NCBI GenBank assembly: GCA_951406725.2
Contig: OX597828.1
Location: forward strand, 76,260,001 to 76,324,000
Direction of reading: 5' to 3'
DNA: 64,000 nucleotides
DNA from: Octopus vulgaris
Lineage: Eukaryota
A model generated the notes under the pieces. It saw only the letters and a list, made by a program, of their open reading frames with translations, searched no databases and was not told the origin of the DNA. A program made the translations under genes and the position numbers. Shown here piece by piece: positions 13,553-26,380 of the stretch. How positions within the stretch are numbered: position 1 is the first letter of the stretch; each line of letters starts with the position of its first letter.

Positions 13553-14207
13553 AAGCAATAATAACTCTTAGAGCGAGTTATAAACAGTAGCTGCAACACA
13601 TCGTGACGTATACTTGCCATTTAAATAGGGCTAACCCCTAAAGGCGGATGCTACTGTAGTTTTTATCCCCAGGAAGACACCTCCTCCAGCTGGCTATAGA
13701 CACTCTTTCTGTGCCTTATCAGTATTTGCAAAGGGAAGCCATCCTTCCCGTCTTCAACTTATGATACACACGGACTCAAGTTTCTGAGTATTGACCCGTC
13801 ATCGGCGTGTGACAATCACAGTTGTCGATGAAAAGTAGGTTCCCTTCACAAATACATATACTTTTTCCAGTATCGTAAAGACACTGATATCGAAAAAGTG
13901 TAAAGAAGCAATAATAACTCTTAGAGCGAGTTATAAACAGTAGCTGCAACACATTGTGACGTATATTTGCCATTTAAATATGCCTAACCCCTAAGGGTGG
14001 ATGCTACTGTAGATTTTAGCCCAAGGAGCCTCGAGTCCGTATGTATCATAAGTTGGAGACGGGAAGAATGGCTTTCCTTTGCAAATACTGATAGGGCACA
14101 GAAGGTGTGTCTATAGCCAGCTGGAGGAGGTGTCCTCCTGGGGCTAAAAACTACAATAGCATCCACCCTTACGGGTTAACTATGTTTAAATGGCAAATAT
14201 ACGTCAC
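13553..14207 (-). mobile_element. Hammerhead-bearing non-coding element: 353-bp unit in partial tandem plus inverted segment (retrozyme/PLE-like)
   Basis: Direct repeat starts at 13553 and 13906. 14030-14207 is the reverse complement of 13603-13780. TA-rich microsatellite on both flanks. Confidence 0.75.
13767..13811 (-). ncRNA. Type-I hammerhead ribozyme-like motif, U4C core variant
   Basis: Minus strand reads CACACG-CCGATGA-C-GGGT-CAAT-ACTC-A-GAAA-CTTGAG-TC-CGTGTG: 6-bp stem I, 4-bp stem II, GUC cleavage triplet. Stem III is the perfect palindrome CTCGAG in the inverted copy at 14030. Confidence 0.72.
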
Positions 14208-14472
14208 CATATATATATGCATACATATTCACACATGCATACATACACACATATATGTATATATATATATATATATGTTTGTATATCTAGGGCAGGTAAA
14301 ATTTCTGAGATCCATGGATGTGTTCTCTCCTGCGATCTTTCTCCCTCCCCGTCTACCAAGTCCAATCAGAAGTCTTTTGTCGGCGTGGGGCAACTACATA
14401 ATTCCATAAGTTAGAACGAGCGTTACTCTCTGTTAGGCGGTGACCTTTAACAATTGGTGCTTATTAAAACGA

Positions 14473-14672
14473 TGAGCTGGAAGAAACCCGGTTAAAATGC
14501 TTCGCGGCATATCTTCCAGTTTTACGTTATCAGTTGAAATTCAATCGATGTTAACTTCGAATTCTACCTTTCGGTGTCGATAAAATAGTTACCTGCCATG
14601 CTCTGGGGTCGAATTAATCCATTTACCGACCTTACCTAAAATTTCATGTCTTGTTCCAGTAGTAGAAACATT
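14473..14672 (+). mobile_element. Degenerate copy of the 9939 SINE family
   Basis: gagctggaagaaac...aaatgcttcgcggcat...cctttcggtgtcgataaaatag...ggggtcga. Confidence 0.6.
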
Positions 14673-14717
14673 TTAATTTTATCATTTTAAACATATCTAT
14701 TTATTTTGAATCGTGGA

Positions 14718-15045
14718 AAGTGTTTGTAAGCCATTTAAAAAAAAGTATACAAAAACCGCCAGAGTCACTACATCATTTAAATTTAATTTTTCGTCGCTTT
14801 GACACTGCGACCTGTTCACTGACAAGATTCACTGACAAGATTCACTGACAAAATTTCCTGACAAAATTCAGTGACAAAATTCCGAATAGCGAAGAAAATA
14901 TTTTGACAAATTAAATTGAAATGTTCAAGTGAATCTAACGGCTTCTGTGTTTTTAAATGGCTTATATACACCATCTACGCTGCAATTGTTTGTTTCAGCA
15001 CACGATCTCAAATCATGTTACTTGCTATGCAAGTACATCTCCATT
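14718..15045. mobile_element. Inverted-repeat element with central 13-bp tandem array and hammerhead-like half-motifs
   Basis: Left arm AAGCCATTTAAA...TTTTCGTCGCT; right arm AGCGAAGAAAATATTTTGACAAA...TTTAAATGGCTT; TTCACTGACAA(G/A)A x5 at about 14815-14879. Another arm copy at about 8175-8274. Confidence 0.7.
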
Positions 15046-15514
15046 TTGTTTTCCTAAAATCTAAAAAAGGTGAAGTCGCGTAGCTGAGTTGTTAATGTTG
15101 CACTCACGATCACAAAGTTGTGTTTCAATACCAGGACTGGATTATGCGTTGCGTTCTTGAAGAAAACATTTTAAAATTGCTCCAGTCCACCTACCTGTAA
15201 TTCAGTAACCATGGGAAGAGCTGTCATTCCGTTCACTGAAAATATTGTGATCCCGTCCGGTTATACACCTTGCAAAGTTTGTAAGCAGTGCTGTGATTTC
15301 GAGGTCTCGAGGTAGTAATGACCAAACGCATGTTGATGAAGAGGATGATGGAATATCCAAAATGCATTGTAGCAAAAGACAATGTGAAAAACTTTAATTG
15401 TGAATATGAAATACGAATATATAAAGGGAGAGATTTGAAACCAGAATATCAGTTGGTGCCTAGAATGGTGATGGATTACAATAGTTTGAAGTGATGTGAT
15501 TGAAAAGCTGATTA

Positions 15515-15644
15515 TCAACCACATGGTTCCAGGTTCAGTCCCACTGCGTGGCACCTTGGGCAACTGTCTTCTGCTAAAGCCTCGGGTCGACGAAAGTGGA
15601 TTTGGTAGATGGAAACTGAGAGAAGTCCGTCGTATATATGTATG

Positions 15645-15742
<98 letters not shown>

Positions 15743-15964
15743 TACGTGTGTGTATATATTTGCGTGTTTGTGTTTGTCCCCCAGTTTGTGTCCGATGCTG
15801 GTGTCTTTACGTCTCCGTAACTTAGCGGTTCGGCAAAAGCGACCGTTAGAACTAGTACTAGGCTTACATAGAATAGTTCTGGGGTCAATTTGCTCGACTA
15901 ATGGCGGTGCTCCAGTATGGCCACAGTCAAATGACTGAAACAAGTAAAAGAGTAAAAGAGAATA
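15515..15964 (+). mobile_element. tRNA-derived SINE with internal (TA)n and (GTAAAAGA)n tail
   Basis: GGTTCAGTCCCACTGCGTGGCACCTTGGGCAA head, internal microsatellite, 3' end ...GTCAAATGACTGAAACAAGTAAAAGAGTAAAAGAG. Confidence 0.85.
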
Positions 15965-17673
15965 GAGTCTACTTATTTGTGATTTACCGGGTTCCGACTG
16001 AAAGTTTACCATTATAGCGCCGTCTGGTTGTGAACGCAACTACAGTCGACACGGCTAGAATTGCTTGTTTTGAAACATGTCACGACGTAACTTCATTGTA
16101 ATGTCAAGAAAAAGAAATTACATCTTTTATCCGTCCAAAACGTTTTCATAAGTTTGTCTTAATCGTCCATGCTTGTTTAAAGACTTCTGGTTAATCTATC
16201 TTTCATACGTTCTGATTATATAAAGTTTTCCTGTCATAAATTGCAAGTTATTCCGGCGGTTGAAACAAATGTGGTGCATAGGTGTCAAGGAAATGCGTGT
16301 ATATCTTGTGTGTCGCATGCGATACACAGGACAAACAAAAGCTTAACTGAAAGTACACGGCTGGTGATAGTTTACAAGCGTTTCTCGAATAACATACAAA
16401 ACGACGTTCAATTTGTTTGGATTAGACCTTGGCCATGAAGTAATGCCTCAGGAATAATCATTGAATACATTTACCTGTGCGAAATTGATTAACAGTCGTT
16501 ATTTTGGCGGGTACACTCAACACATTTCGGGTTATTTCGTGCAGGTTACAGTGCTAGATGAGAAATGTGAATTTGACCATAATCTCTATAACAATTTCAG
16601 GTCACGTTTTAAGCTATTATAATACTGGGAATAGTCAGCGGATGGTATATTATAACCGATTAGATAAGGAAGAGTATAGTATAGCACCAAGACAACTGAA
16701 GCCTTCATTTGTAACCATGTGTGTTGAACCGCAAATCACCAAGAGAGATACAATAAAGAATATAAGAGCTTTCAAAGCTAATGTTGCTGCTACATAGGAA
16801 CACAGTTTCGATGTATTCATGATCGGAGTGATAAAATCATTTTGATTTGATTTTATGAGTTTGAGACAAAGAAACACATTAGCACCTAGCTAGTGTTCCT
16901 GATTAGTATTTGATAATTGGTCGTAAATTCGGTTGTCAGAAGGTGTGAAATTCTAAGTTTTAGGAGCAGATATTTTGAGAAAGTATAAAAGTGATGACCG
17001 TTCGAAAGTAAAAAAAACAAACAAAAAAAAACAAGACGTAAATAAGTTAAAAATGGAAATAGAACATCGGTGTGGTGGGGCGATTTTGCCAATAAAGGTG
17101 AGAGAAAAGAGAAAAGTTGAGAGAGAATGACAGGTGTTATGAGATATGATCTTATATCGGAGACACTGTTAGAGAGAAGTGGTTGGTGAGACACCTGGTG
17201 GATGGAAAGCTTGGTAATGTAGTGTGCTAAGAAACAATTTACAATTTGGAGCTTCAGAAGAGGTTGTGGAGACACCAAAGCAGAACCTGGCACCACACCT
17301 GTAGCGGATTGCACATGGTGATAGTTGAAGCAAGCTAAATACCAGGACCCGGTTGATGAGGCTATGGTCAAATGGGGACCTGTAGATTATTGCGCAATGG
17401 AGTTGGGTCATGACGGACTTTAGCAAGATTTGCCTATTATTGCCCAAACAATTAAAGAAATCAGTAGAAAGATTACCATGGTAGCAGAAATGATTTGCCG
17501 ATGGTTGCGGTTGACAACAGAACAAAAAATGGAACCTTTCTTTCGGTGAATTTAATCCTCGCTAATTCGATCCTCGCAGCTCTCTCAGGCGAATATTTAT
17601 GTATGTATTAGGGCTTCCAGCTACTTCAGTATTTACACCCACCCATACAGACACACACAAACACACACACACA

Positions 17674-17721
<48 letters not shown>

Positions 17722-18130
17722 TACGTCAGTAATGAACTGACAGAGCGAATACCTAAAACTGGTAGGGAGGCTACACAATTCATTTTAATAGAATTTATGT
17801 TAAATTCCAGGCATCTGAGGTCACGTGTTGACAAATTTGTGAACATGAAACCTGAGGCTGCTGAAATTTAGCATAAAAATCATTTAATACATATGTATGT
17901 ATGTGCGTGTCTATGTGTGTGTGTACGTATAGATATATGCAAATTTGTATGCGAGCGTCAGAGAAAATGTATGGGAGTGTGTTTGTGAAGAAATTTAGAT
18001 CTTCACAGACACACTGACATATATATATATGTATATATATATATGTGTGCATTTATATGCATATATATGTGCATTTATATGTATATATACATATAACTAT
18101 ATGCATATATAAATACGTAGATATGTATGA

Positions 18131-18161
<31 letters not shown>

Positions 18162-18873
18162 GCATTTATGTATAAATGTCTAAATATTGTATTTAATTAC
18201 AATTTGAATTCTATTTATTGTTCATTAATTTATAATCTTTATAGCTACTACGGAATTTACAATTTTTAATGTCGAAGTCATTTTCCTTAATTGCTTGAAT
18301 ATGTTTAAGCAATATATCAATACGTTTTACTATAAATCATAATTTTAAATTTGTATCTCAGTACAATAAATTAATATTCCTACATTTTAGATTACGTAAA
18401 TTTCTTCCGAGAAACAAAGTAATGTAGAAGTATTAATGAAATATAGATGCTAGTTATTAAAATAGTCTTGATCTAATGCTTATTAATCCATATTTTATTA
18501 AGCGCTAGTTCTCACTGTCTGATGCCTGTCTATCTGGAGTGCATAATTTCATTCGGTTTACATGTGTATTACGGTAGCCATCTTTCTCTGTTTGTGACGA
18601 TAACATACAGAAACACAGAACTATCAGAATATTGAATTTCTGAATAGCAAATCAAATATTACTGTCGTTGTCTGTGTATTTGTTTGCTAATATTGTAAGA
18701 AAACGAATGTGGAAGAGTCTACTGCTTGTTTCCAAGTTTCTACTAATGCTACATTAAGTTTATGCAACTATTCATACATTTCGTTCTGCTGTAAGAAAAA
18801 GATGCACACATTCTATGTAGGATTGGAACCAAAATTTTAAATAAACGGGCATCTATAAATAAAGGGTGTTTCT

Positions 18874-19260
18874 ATTCCAATCAGCCATGGAGTCTCTACT
18901 CAGGCCACTAAGTTAGCCTCCACTGTAGTCATTAAGACAATATTTACTCGAGCCAACAAGAGAGGCTATACTCACCCAGAAACCACTCAAGCTATTAAAA
19001 CAGGTTTAACACATGTAGTGTTGGCTCGAGCAAAGATAAAGTATTGTATTGTTGGTTACAAAGCAGTGAAGTCTGTATTGTAACCAACAATGAAGACTTC
19101 ACTCTAGCTAACAACACAGTTTACATTCAATATAGCCAATAACACATATTCCACTCGAGCTAAAAGTACAACCTCAATTCTAGCCATCAAGACGGGAGTT
19201 ACTCCTCCAGCCAACAATACAGCATTCACTCACGCCAATAAAATGGTCAGCCCTCACTCA
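18874..19260. repeat. Degenerate ~24-bp minisatellite with internal inversion
   Basis: Recurring ACTC(G/T)AGC(C/T)AA motif at about 24-bp spacing; about 19016-19078 is inverted (TTGGCTCGAG, ATTGTTGGTTACAA, AGTGAAGTCT). Confidence 0.55.
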
Positions 19261-21460
19261 ATCAAGCTAGTCTTCTATGCTCAAACCTTACACGACCTTA
19301 ACCTGAATTGTTTAACTCATATCATCTCTCATCGCGTACAAATATACAACAAAATGCAGTTTTGACAGACTGAATTTTCGTAGAAAAGAAACAGAGTTAA
19401 ACTCTGTTATCACTTTTTGTCTTCTTCTGTGGAATGGAATGTTACATGTTTTTGTGTTTATTCATATTTCATAATTTAAATATTTTAATTTACTACAATA
19501 AAATCATACATGATTAATTTTCATGCCGGATTGATATGTTAATAATTTCTTAATTGTTATCAAACTGACGGCAATATGTAAATTGATATTTCGCCATAAG
19601 TAGAGGCAGCCAGGTGAAACCACATACGTGGGATTTTGGAAAATGCCTTCTTCTGTAGGTCGATATATTCTTCTGAGTAAAAATAGTTGCCTGACGATCT
19701 GTGAATATTCCAAAATTAGGTGGCACCGGTTAAAACCTCGTAGAAAATGATTTTAAAAGATAACTGGAAGATGCATCTTGCTACCGAAAAATTTGTGTCA
19801 CCTTTTGGAAAAGATGAAAGCGTCAAAGAAGCTGGTCGACGAGCTGTACTTACTTGAATGACGATGGATATTGTCTGAATCGTATCATAACAAACGGCAG
19901 TGCCTCACCATGGCCACAACTCTCCAGCTGAAAGTGGTTAAATAGTTAAAGGGTATAAGGGGCAGCAGCATTAACGTGTACGACCATAATAGGGATTCAA
20001 ATAGTTACTCATTACAGTATTTCGATCGGTGGTTTCGCGATAAAGAAAACGCCTCAGAGTCGCTGAAATGTAAAGGTGATGCAGACAATCCATTCTGGAG
20101 TGGGATAGCATTAAATATACGTTTGTAGTAGATGAAGGTCAGAAACGTTCCAACCTTGGCCTTCCTGCTGTGTTTTGTATTATTTTTCTAGATATATTCC
20201 ATATAGAAAACATCATCCAACGATTCATTCCCTTTTTAAGATAATGGCATATGACTGAAGATGCATTTGGATGCTATTTCTAGTGATAGTGTGAACACAG
20301 AGAGGCCACGTTGATTTAATTAAAAACTATCCCGTTATTTAAGGCAACTGTGGGTATTTCCATTACTTAAAAATCTTTGATGCGGTTTGATAGAGATTCA
20401 GCGTCTACTTTTTGTAGGTCGTATGACCAAGTAGCGATTTCCTCCTTCGCATGACTGTCCAACTCCTCATGTTTAATGCAGTTAAATGTAGGTGACTTGT
20501 CTAACAAAGGCAACTACTGTATATTAAAACGAGTGTGTCAAAAACTTGTTATAAATGTGCCCACTTTGAAATATATAAGAGTCTGCTCAGACCTCTAAGA
20601 ATTTTATCACGAGTAGATCTGTTACGGAGTTTTGGCGAAACATAAAACGGCACTTGGTTTGGCGTTTAAGTCAGATTTAAGTGTAAATTCTTTATTTCCT
20701 GTTTCAACCTTCGGCATCTGATAGCTGTCAGCTAATATACTCATTCTAATGTTTCTGGAGAGCTAACTGAATCACATCGAATTCTTACTCAGATATTTCA
20801 CTTGCGAGTCGTTAATTAACAGATTTCAGTTGGTGACGTTAGACGTAATATTTACAAACTTCACATCGTCAATGCATGGATTCTTTACAACCTTTATTGG
20901 TATTGTTGTTTATTGTTGCCGGGTACGGTGTTCTCCAAATATATTGGAGTTTCCATGGTGTTTGGCATAGCATCATTCTGCTCTAGGAGTTGTGGCGGAA
21001 ATCTCTTTCTTCTTAAGTTCATACTGACTGACCAGATCAATGCCATAGAGAGAGAGAAGTGGGTATCGAATGTCTGTAAATAATAAAACAACCTTATCTT
21101 TCAAACCTAAATAGGGGACAGCGACGTGGCTCTTCAATCTGCCCAAATACCAGTCAAATCTCCTTCAAAGCATACGCTATTATCTGAGAATAGAACATAC
21201 CGGACAACGTGATACAAGGAATAATAAGGAGGCATAACTGCTGGAGAACACTGGACTCTCTTCATTTACATCGTTAACCTAGGTTTGAGCAAGAACAATC
21301 AGCATGTCACTTACGAGTGGCGGATCTTACTGTGATACACATTTATGTATCGTGTTGCTACTGTAGTAGGAGTGCTGAGTGTGGTTGTAGTTGTTGATGA
21401 TGATGATGGCGATGAGAAGAAAAGAAAAGGAATAGGAGGATAGTTTTGGTTATTATAATA

Positions 21461-21663
21461 TTAATGGACTGGCAGAATAGTTGGAACCCCGGGCAAAAAG
21501 TGCTTAGCAGAATTTCCTCTGTCTTTACGTTCCGAATTTAAGTTCCACCGAGGCCAACTTTGCCCTTGACCCTTTTGAAGTCGAGAAAATATGTACCATC
21601 TAATTACTGAGGACGATGTAACCGACGTACTCCAATGCTGGCCTTGTGCCAAAACTTGAAACT
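21461..21663 (+). mobile_element. Degenerate copy of the 9939 SINE family
   Basis: ctggcagaatagttgg...gcttagc...ccgaggccaactttgcc...ggccttgtgccaaaacttgaaac. Confidence 0.7.
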
Positions 21664-22915
21664 GAAGTTTACTACAACTGTGTTGTAGCGGTCGTCAGGT
21701 GACTCTGGAAGAATTCTTCAGAGTTTGGTCATATCGTAATTTTAGTGGCAGCGGCTGTTGAAGAATAGATTATTACTGCAATAAACTGGACCAGCTGGCA
21801 TTTAAGAAGTTTTGAACGAAGCATTGATAAGTTTCACAACAGAACTGCTGTATTTGCTGTGAAATATTCTGCTGTGTGGTAGCTGCAGGTCAAATATGAC
21901 TAACATTTCTGCTTTTAATTTCATTTGGAAACTTCAAGTTTGTTTTAGTTTTCTAGTTTATTGTAGATGTCCGAGAAAAACGATACAAAAGAACATGCTT
22001 CAAAATGGGTTATAATGTTATATTGACGTGGATGATACTGTTTAAGAGGTCGCTGTCTCCTTCAGTGACAGAATCGTTTCCTCTCGTTAAATATGAACGG
22101 CTGAGTTTCGATTGGCTGTTTGGTTTATTATCGATTAGCTAGACTTTTATATCTCATAGTGAAATATAAGCTAAAGCAATGCGAACAAAAAACATTGTAA
22201 AACTATCTTGAATTTTGATCTGCTAAAACAACGATGAGATATAGTGTCTTATCTTTATCTTTGATCTACTCCTCCGATCCCACAATGGATTTGATCTATA
22301 AGGGGTCGATCTCATCAGGGGCTTATGCTGCTACGTAAAAGGCATTGTATATTCACCAGTTCTAACCGACTACTGGTTCCTATTCTTCGTAAGGTCATCA
22401 ACATCGTAAAATTTCATATTCCATCAGGACAGGTCATAATGTATTTATGCCTTCCTTTAATGCCCATCAATCAAAATAAATGGTTCTCTACATGGTATTC
22501 AATTGTGGCTTCTTGTGCATTTAGCCTCATTAAATTGAGTCTGATCAGAACTAATCTTTTTGAACGTAAAACATTTTGAGCTGAGCGTCTCTGGACTTTT
22601 GCGTTTCCCTGTTTAGTATTTTGTTTGGAAAATAAACACCAGAAGCAAATGGCGAAAGAGTGCGGCAGGCAGTATTTATATCTTCTGCTAGAGTTTCCTC
22701 TTATTGTTCCAGCTTTGCTTCTACACAACAGAACTGTTTCGATGCAAGATTTGGTAAAGTAACATTGAAATTCTATCATTGACTGATTCCAAATAAAATA
22801 TTGTCTGCTTCTATTCACGCTAATTGCTGTCTTTGTCTAGAATTATTTCTATTGGCTGTCGTGTCGTCACACAGAACACAAATCTGTAACAATAACAGTT
22901 TGCGATGCTGTGATA

Positions 22916-22960
<45 letters not shown>

Positions 22961-23413
22961 AGTGAGTGAGTGAGTGAGTGTGTGTGTGTGTCACTTTGGA
23001 GTTGAGGTCACCAAGAAACATTGTTTTGGTTTTTAATTCATTGATTCTTTGTCCCACTTTTAAAGATGTGCAGCAAAATGATATTAGTGTACAGAATAAG
23101 AGAGCGGAGAGAGAGAGAGAGAGAGAGAGTTCTGGAGAGAAACAAAGAATGAAAATGAGATACAGAGTGAGGGAGAGTGTGAGTGAGAAAAAGATTGAGA
23201 AAGAAATAGTGGTGGGAGAGAAAGAGAATTCGGCACAGAGAGATAGAAGTGTTGGAGAGCGCACGAGGAGGTAAATATGAGATGATGAGTGAAAGGTAAA
23301 GATGAGATCTAGAGAGAGAGGGGGGGGGAGAAAACTAAAGAGAGAATGATAAGAGAAATAGGTGAAGATTGCGAGAGATAAAGAGAAAAAATAGAATGAG
23401 GCAACGAGAGAGT

Positions 23414-23445
<32 letters not shown>

Positions 23446-24002
23446 ATGAAAGTGTGAGAGAGAAGTGAGGATGAACGGATTTAGGAGGAAAAGAGAAAAG
23501 TGAAAGGAATGAGTGAAACGGTGGTTGCTAAAAGGAATAAATATAAAAACTAAAATAAGTGAAAGAGATGAACGAGAATAAGAAAGAGAGGAATGAGCAG
23601 AAGACGGCGTGTTTATGTTTGTTTGTTTGTTTGTATAAGGGAGAGATGGATCGAAATCATATTAGCGTGACTGCCATAGAGATGAGGATGGAGAAGAATG
23701 AAAAGTGAAGAACTCAATAAAAGAGGATAAAGGGGCTAGAGAGAACTATGAATATATATATGTGTGTGTGTGTGTGTGTGTAAATATATGTATATATGTA
23801 TATATATTTATACACACATACACACATATACATATATATACACACACACAAATAGGGTTCAATTGTACACAAAACAGAAGAAAAAGACAGGTTAGGGAAC
23901 AAGTAACAAGTTTATTATTATTTTGACACTAAGGAAGAACGGAGAAGGTTTTGACGTTTCGACCTTCAGCTCTCCGACAGAATGGGATGAGAAGAAATAA
24001 AT

Positions 24003-24070
<68 letters not shown>

Positions 24071-24116
24071 AAAATGTGTCAGGATTAACGGTTTCACATA
24101 ATGAAATGACCGGGAG

Positions 24117-24206
<90 letters not shown>

Positions 24207-24208
24207 CT

Positions 24209-25234
24209 TATTCGCGTGGCATCCTGTCCTTGTTTCGTATACATTCGATCCTCTTTCCAAGAAATCTAATGCCCGTAGCTTAGTTTTTCCTTGGGGCTCG
24301 CCGTATCGGAGCGATATCAGGATTAATCAGCCGAAATTGCTAAGATGATCTGGTTCCCGACTGAAGATTAGAGGCTTCGAATGACCCATCTGTTTTTTTG
24401 TGTCGTCTCTGTGTGTTTTTGCGTTCTTGTCCCATTTTGTAATTTATATTTAATTTCTATACATATATTATTGCGGCGTAACGTTTCCCTATCTCCTATG
24501 TATGCACATTCCACCTTGTACGACGTCTTTACACACACTTTCTCTATAGTCTGTGTCTTTCTCTTTCCTTGCCTCTGATTCTTCCCCCACTCTATCACAT
24601 TTCTCCGTCTTTCTTACTTTGCACCATTATTTCTATTGCACCATTATTTCTATTCCTGTTTCTTCTCCCCTCTTTAATTCCTTCCTTCTCTCTCTCTCCC
24701 CCTTGGTGCCTTCGTCCCTTTCTTTCTCTCTTTCTTTGATTCCTTGCCCCCTGCTTTTCTTTCTCTCTCTTCCGTCCTCTCACGTGACTGCCTCCAAACT
24801 GGTCTTTCCGGTTTGACCGCTGACATGTTAACACTGTTGTCTTCGTTTGCCGCAAAGGCATTTTTCAAATACGCCAGCCAAGATAAGTTAAAAATTATCT
24901 GAAGTCGTAAGACACCCGCTGTTTTGTCCTGTTATTACTATTCTTGTTTTTTATTTCTATTTTTTGTTTCTTGTATTTATATTCATGTGGCATCCTGTCC
25001 TTGTTTCGTATACATTCGATCCTCTTTCCAAGAAATCTAAAGCCCGTAGCTTAGTTTTTTCTTTGGGGCTGGCCGTATCGGAGCGATATCAGGATTAATC
25101 AGCCGAAATTGCTAAGATGATCCGGTTCCCGACTGAAGATTAGAGGCTTCGAATGACCCGTCTGTTTTTTTGTGTCGTCTCTTTGTGTGTTTTTGCGTTC
25201 TTGTCCCATTTTGTAATTTATATTTAATTTCTAT

Positions 25235-25237
<3 letters not shown>
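24209..25237 (+). mobile_element. Non-coding element with ~255-bp direct terminal repeats (partial tandem, pLTR-like) embedded in microsatellite
   Basis: Near-identical repeats at 24209-24463 and 24980-25237 flank a pyrimidine-rich interior; (TA)n on the left, (CA)n(TA)n on the right. Confidence 0.8.
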
Positions 25238-25301
<64 letters not shown>

Positions 25302-25443
25302 TTATCTTTGACTGAAGAGGAAAACTCAGCTGCAAATATTCTGTTCCGTGCATCTTGTCGTTGTCTAATTTCCCGTCCGTTTTTTTTCCGTTTACTCTGC
25401 TTTCATCTAAATTTCTCCTTGTATTCATTCTGTTCAACCCATG

Positions 25444-25525
<82 letters not shown>

Positions 25526-26256
25526 TTTTAAATGGTTGAGGAAACGTTTTGAACATGCAAATAAAACTCCTATTCCATTATTCCGACCACAGCCTAACGA
25601 TGCTGACTGCTGAACTAGTTTTTCAGGGTTGCATCAAGCCGTACCGATATGTATTAGAATTTGTATTAGAATGATAACAATAATCCTTGGATAAAATTTA
25701 ACTCGCTTAACCTCCATACAAGTAAAAAAGGGATAAACATCCTTCTGTCATACATCCATTAATGTTATATCGCCTGAAGAAGAGAATCCATGATGATCTT
25801 CAGCCCGATGCTCACGGATAATACTGACTGCATTTCAATCATCTTAGGAACACGGACTGTGATCTTAAGAGGCGTGTGATTTGTGAAAAAGAGCGTAGCG
25901 GTGCATTAAATGTTTATACATTCCATCCAAGGATTACATATATATATATAATGACGGGTAGCACTTGTGAAACATATGATTTAATGTGGGAATCTAATAA
26001 AACTGAAGCACTGACAAGATCGACAAAAATTAAAACTTTCATTGCAGTTCTGTGACATTTTGTATGAAGTAACTCAGAGTATTAGTTCAAATGAATCTTG
26101 ATGAGGTCTCAGGAGTGTGAAAGAAATATTCTGACCTTTTACAATGGGTTCAACTTTCAAAAAAATATATGAAAAGTGAAGAAGACAGTTTTGCTTTCTT
26201 AAACAGTCTTTTTCCAATGTAATCCCCAGGATCCGATAACACACACAAATACACAT

Positions 26257-26292
<36 letters not shown>

Positions 26293-26380
26293 GGTGCCGG
26301 GTTCAGTCTTACTGCGTGGCACATTGGGCACAAGGCCTTGTGAGTGGATTTGGTTGATGGAAACAGAAAGAACCCCGTCG
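26293..26380 (+). mobile_element. 5' fragment of the 15515 SINE family
   Basis: gggttcagtcttactgcgtggcacattgggc...gccttgtgagtggatttggttgatggaaac. Confidence 0.75.

Noticed and set aside
14815-14879. Short repeat array as CRISPR or iterons
   Set aside because: 13-bp units with no spacers, derived from the adjacent element sequence.
16886-17525. Two overlapping minus-strand ORFs in complex sequence
   Set aside because: No recognisable domain; possibly a decayed retroelement, but I cannot support that.
19504-19800. Helitron/PIF1 helicase remnant
   Set aside because: Only a vague resemblance; the diagnostic HKSQG and GQ.YVA.SR motifs are not present.
22649-22759. Possible first coding exon (MAKECGRQYLYLLLEFP...|GTAAAG)
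   Set aside because: No recognisable homology, a weak donor site and no partner exons identified.
24355-24395. CTGAAGA...GAA as a canonical hammerhead (also at about 25133)
   Set aside because: No GAAA, and convincing stems I and III could not be formed; kept only as a note in the 24209 finding.
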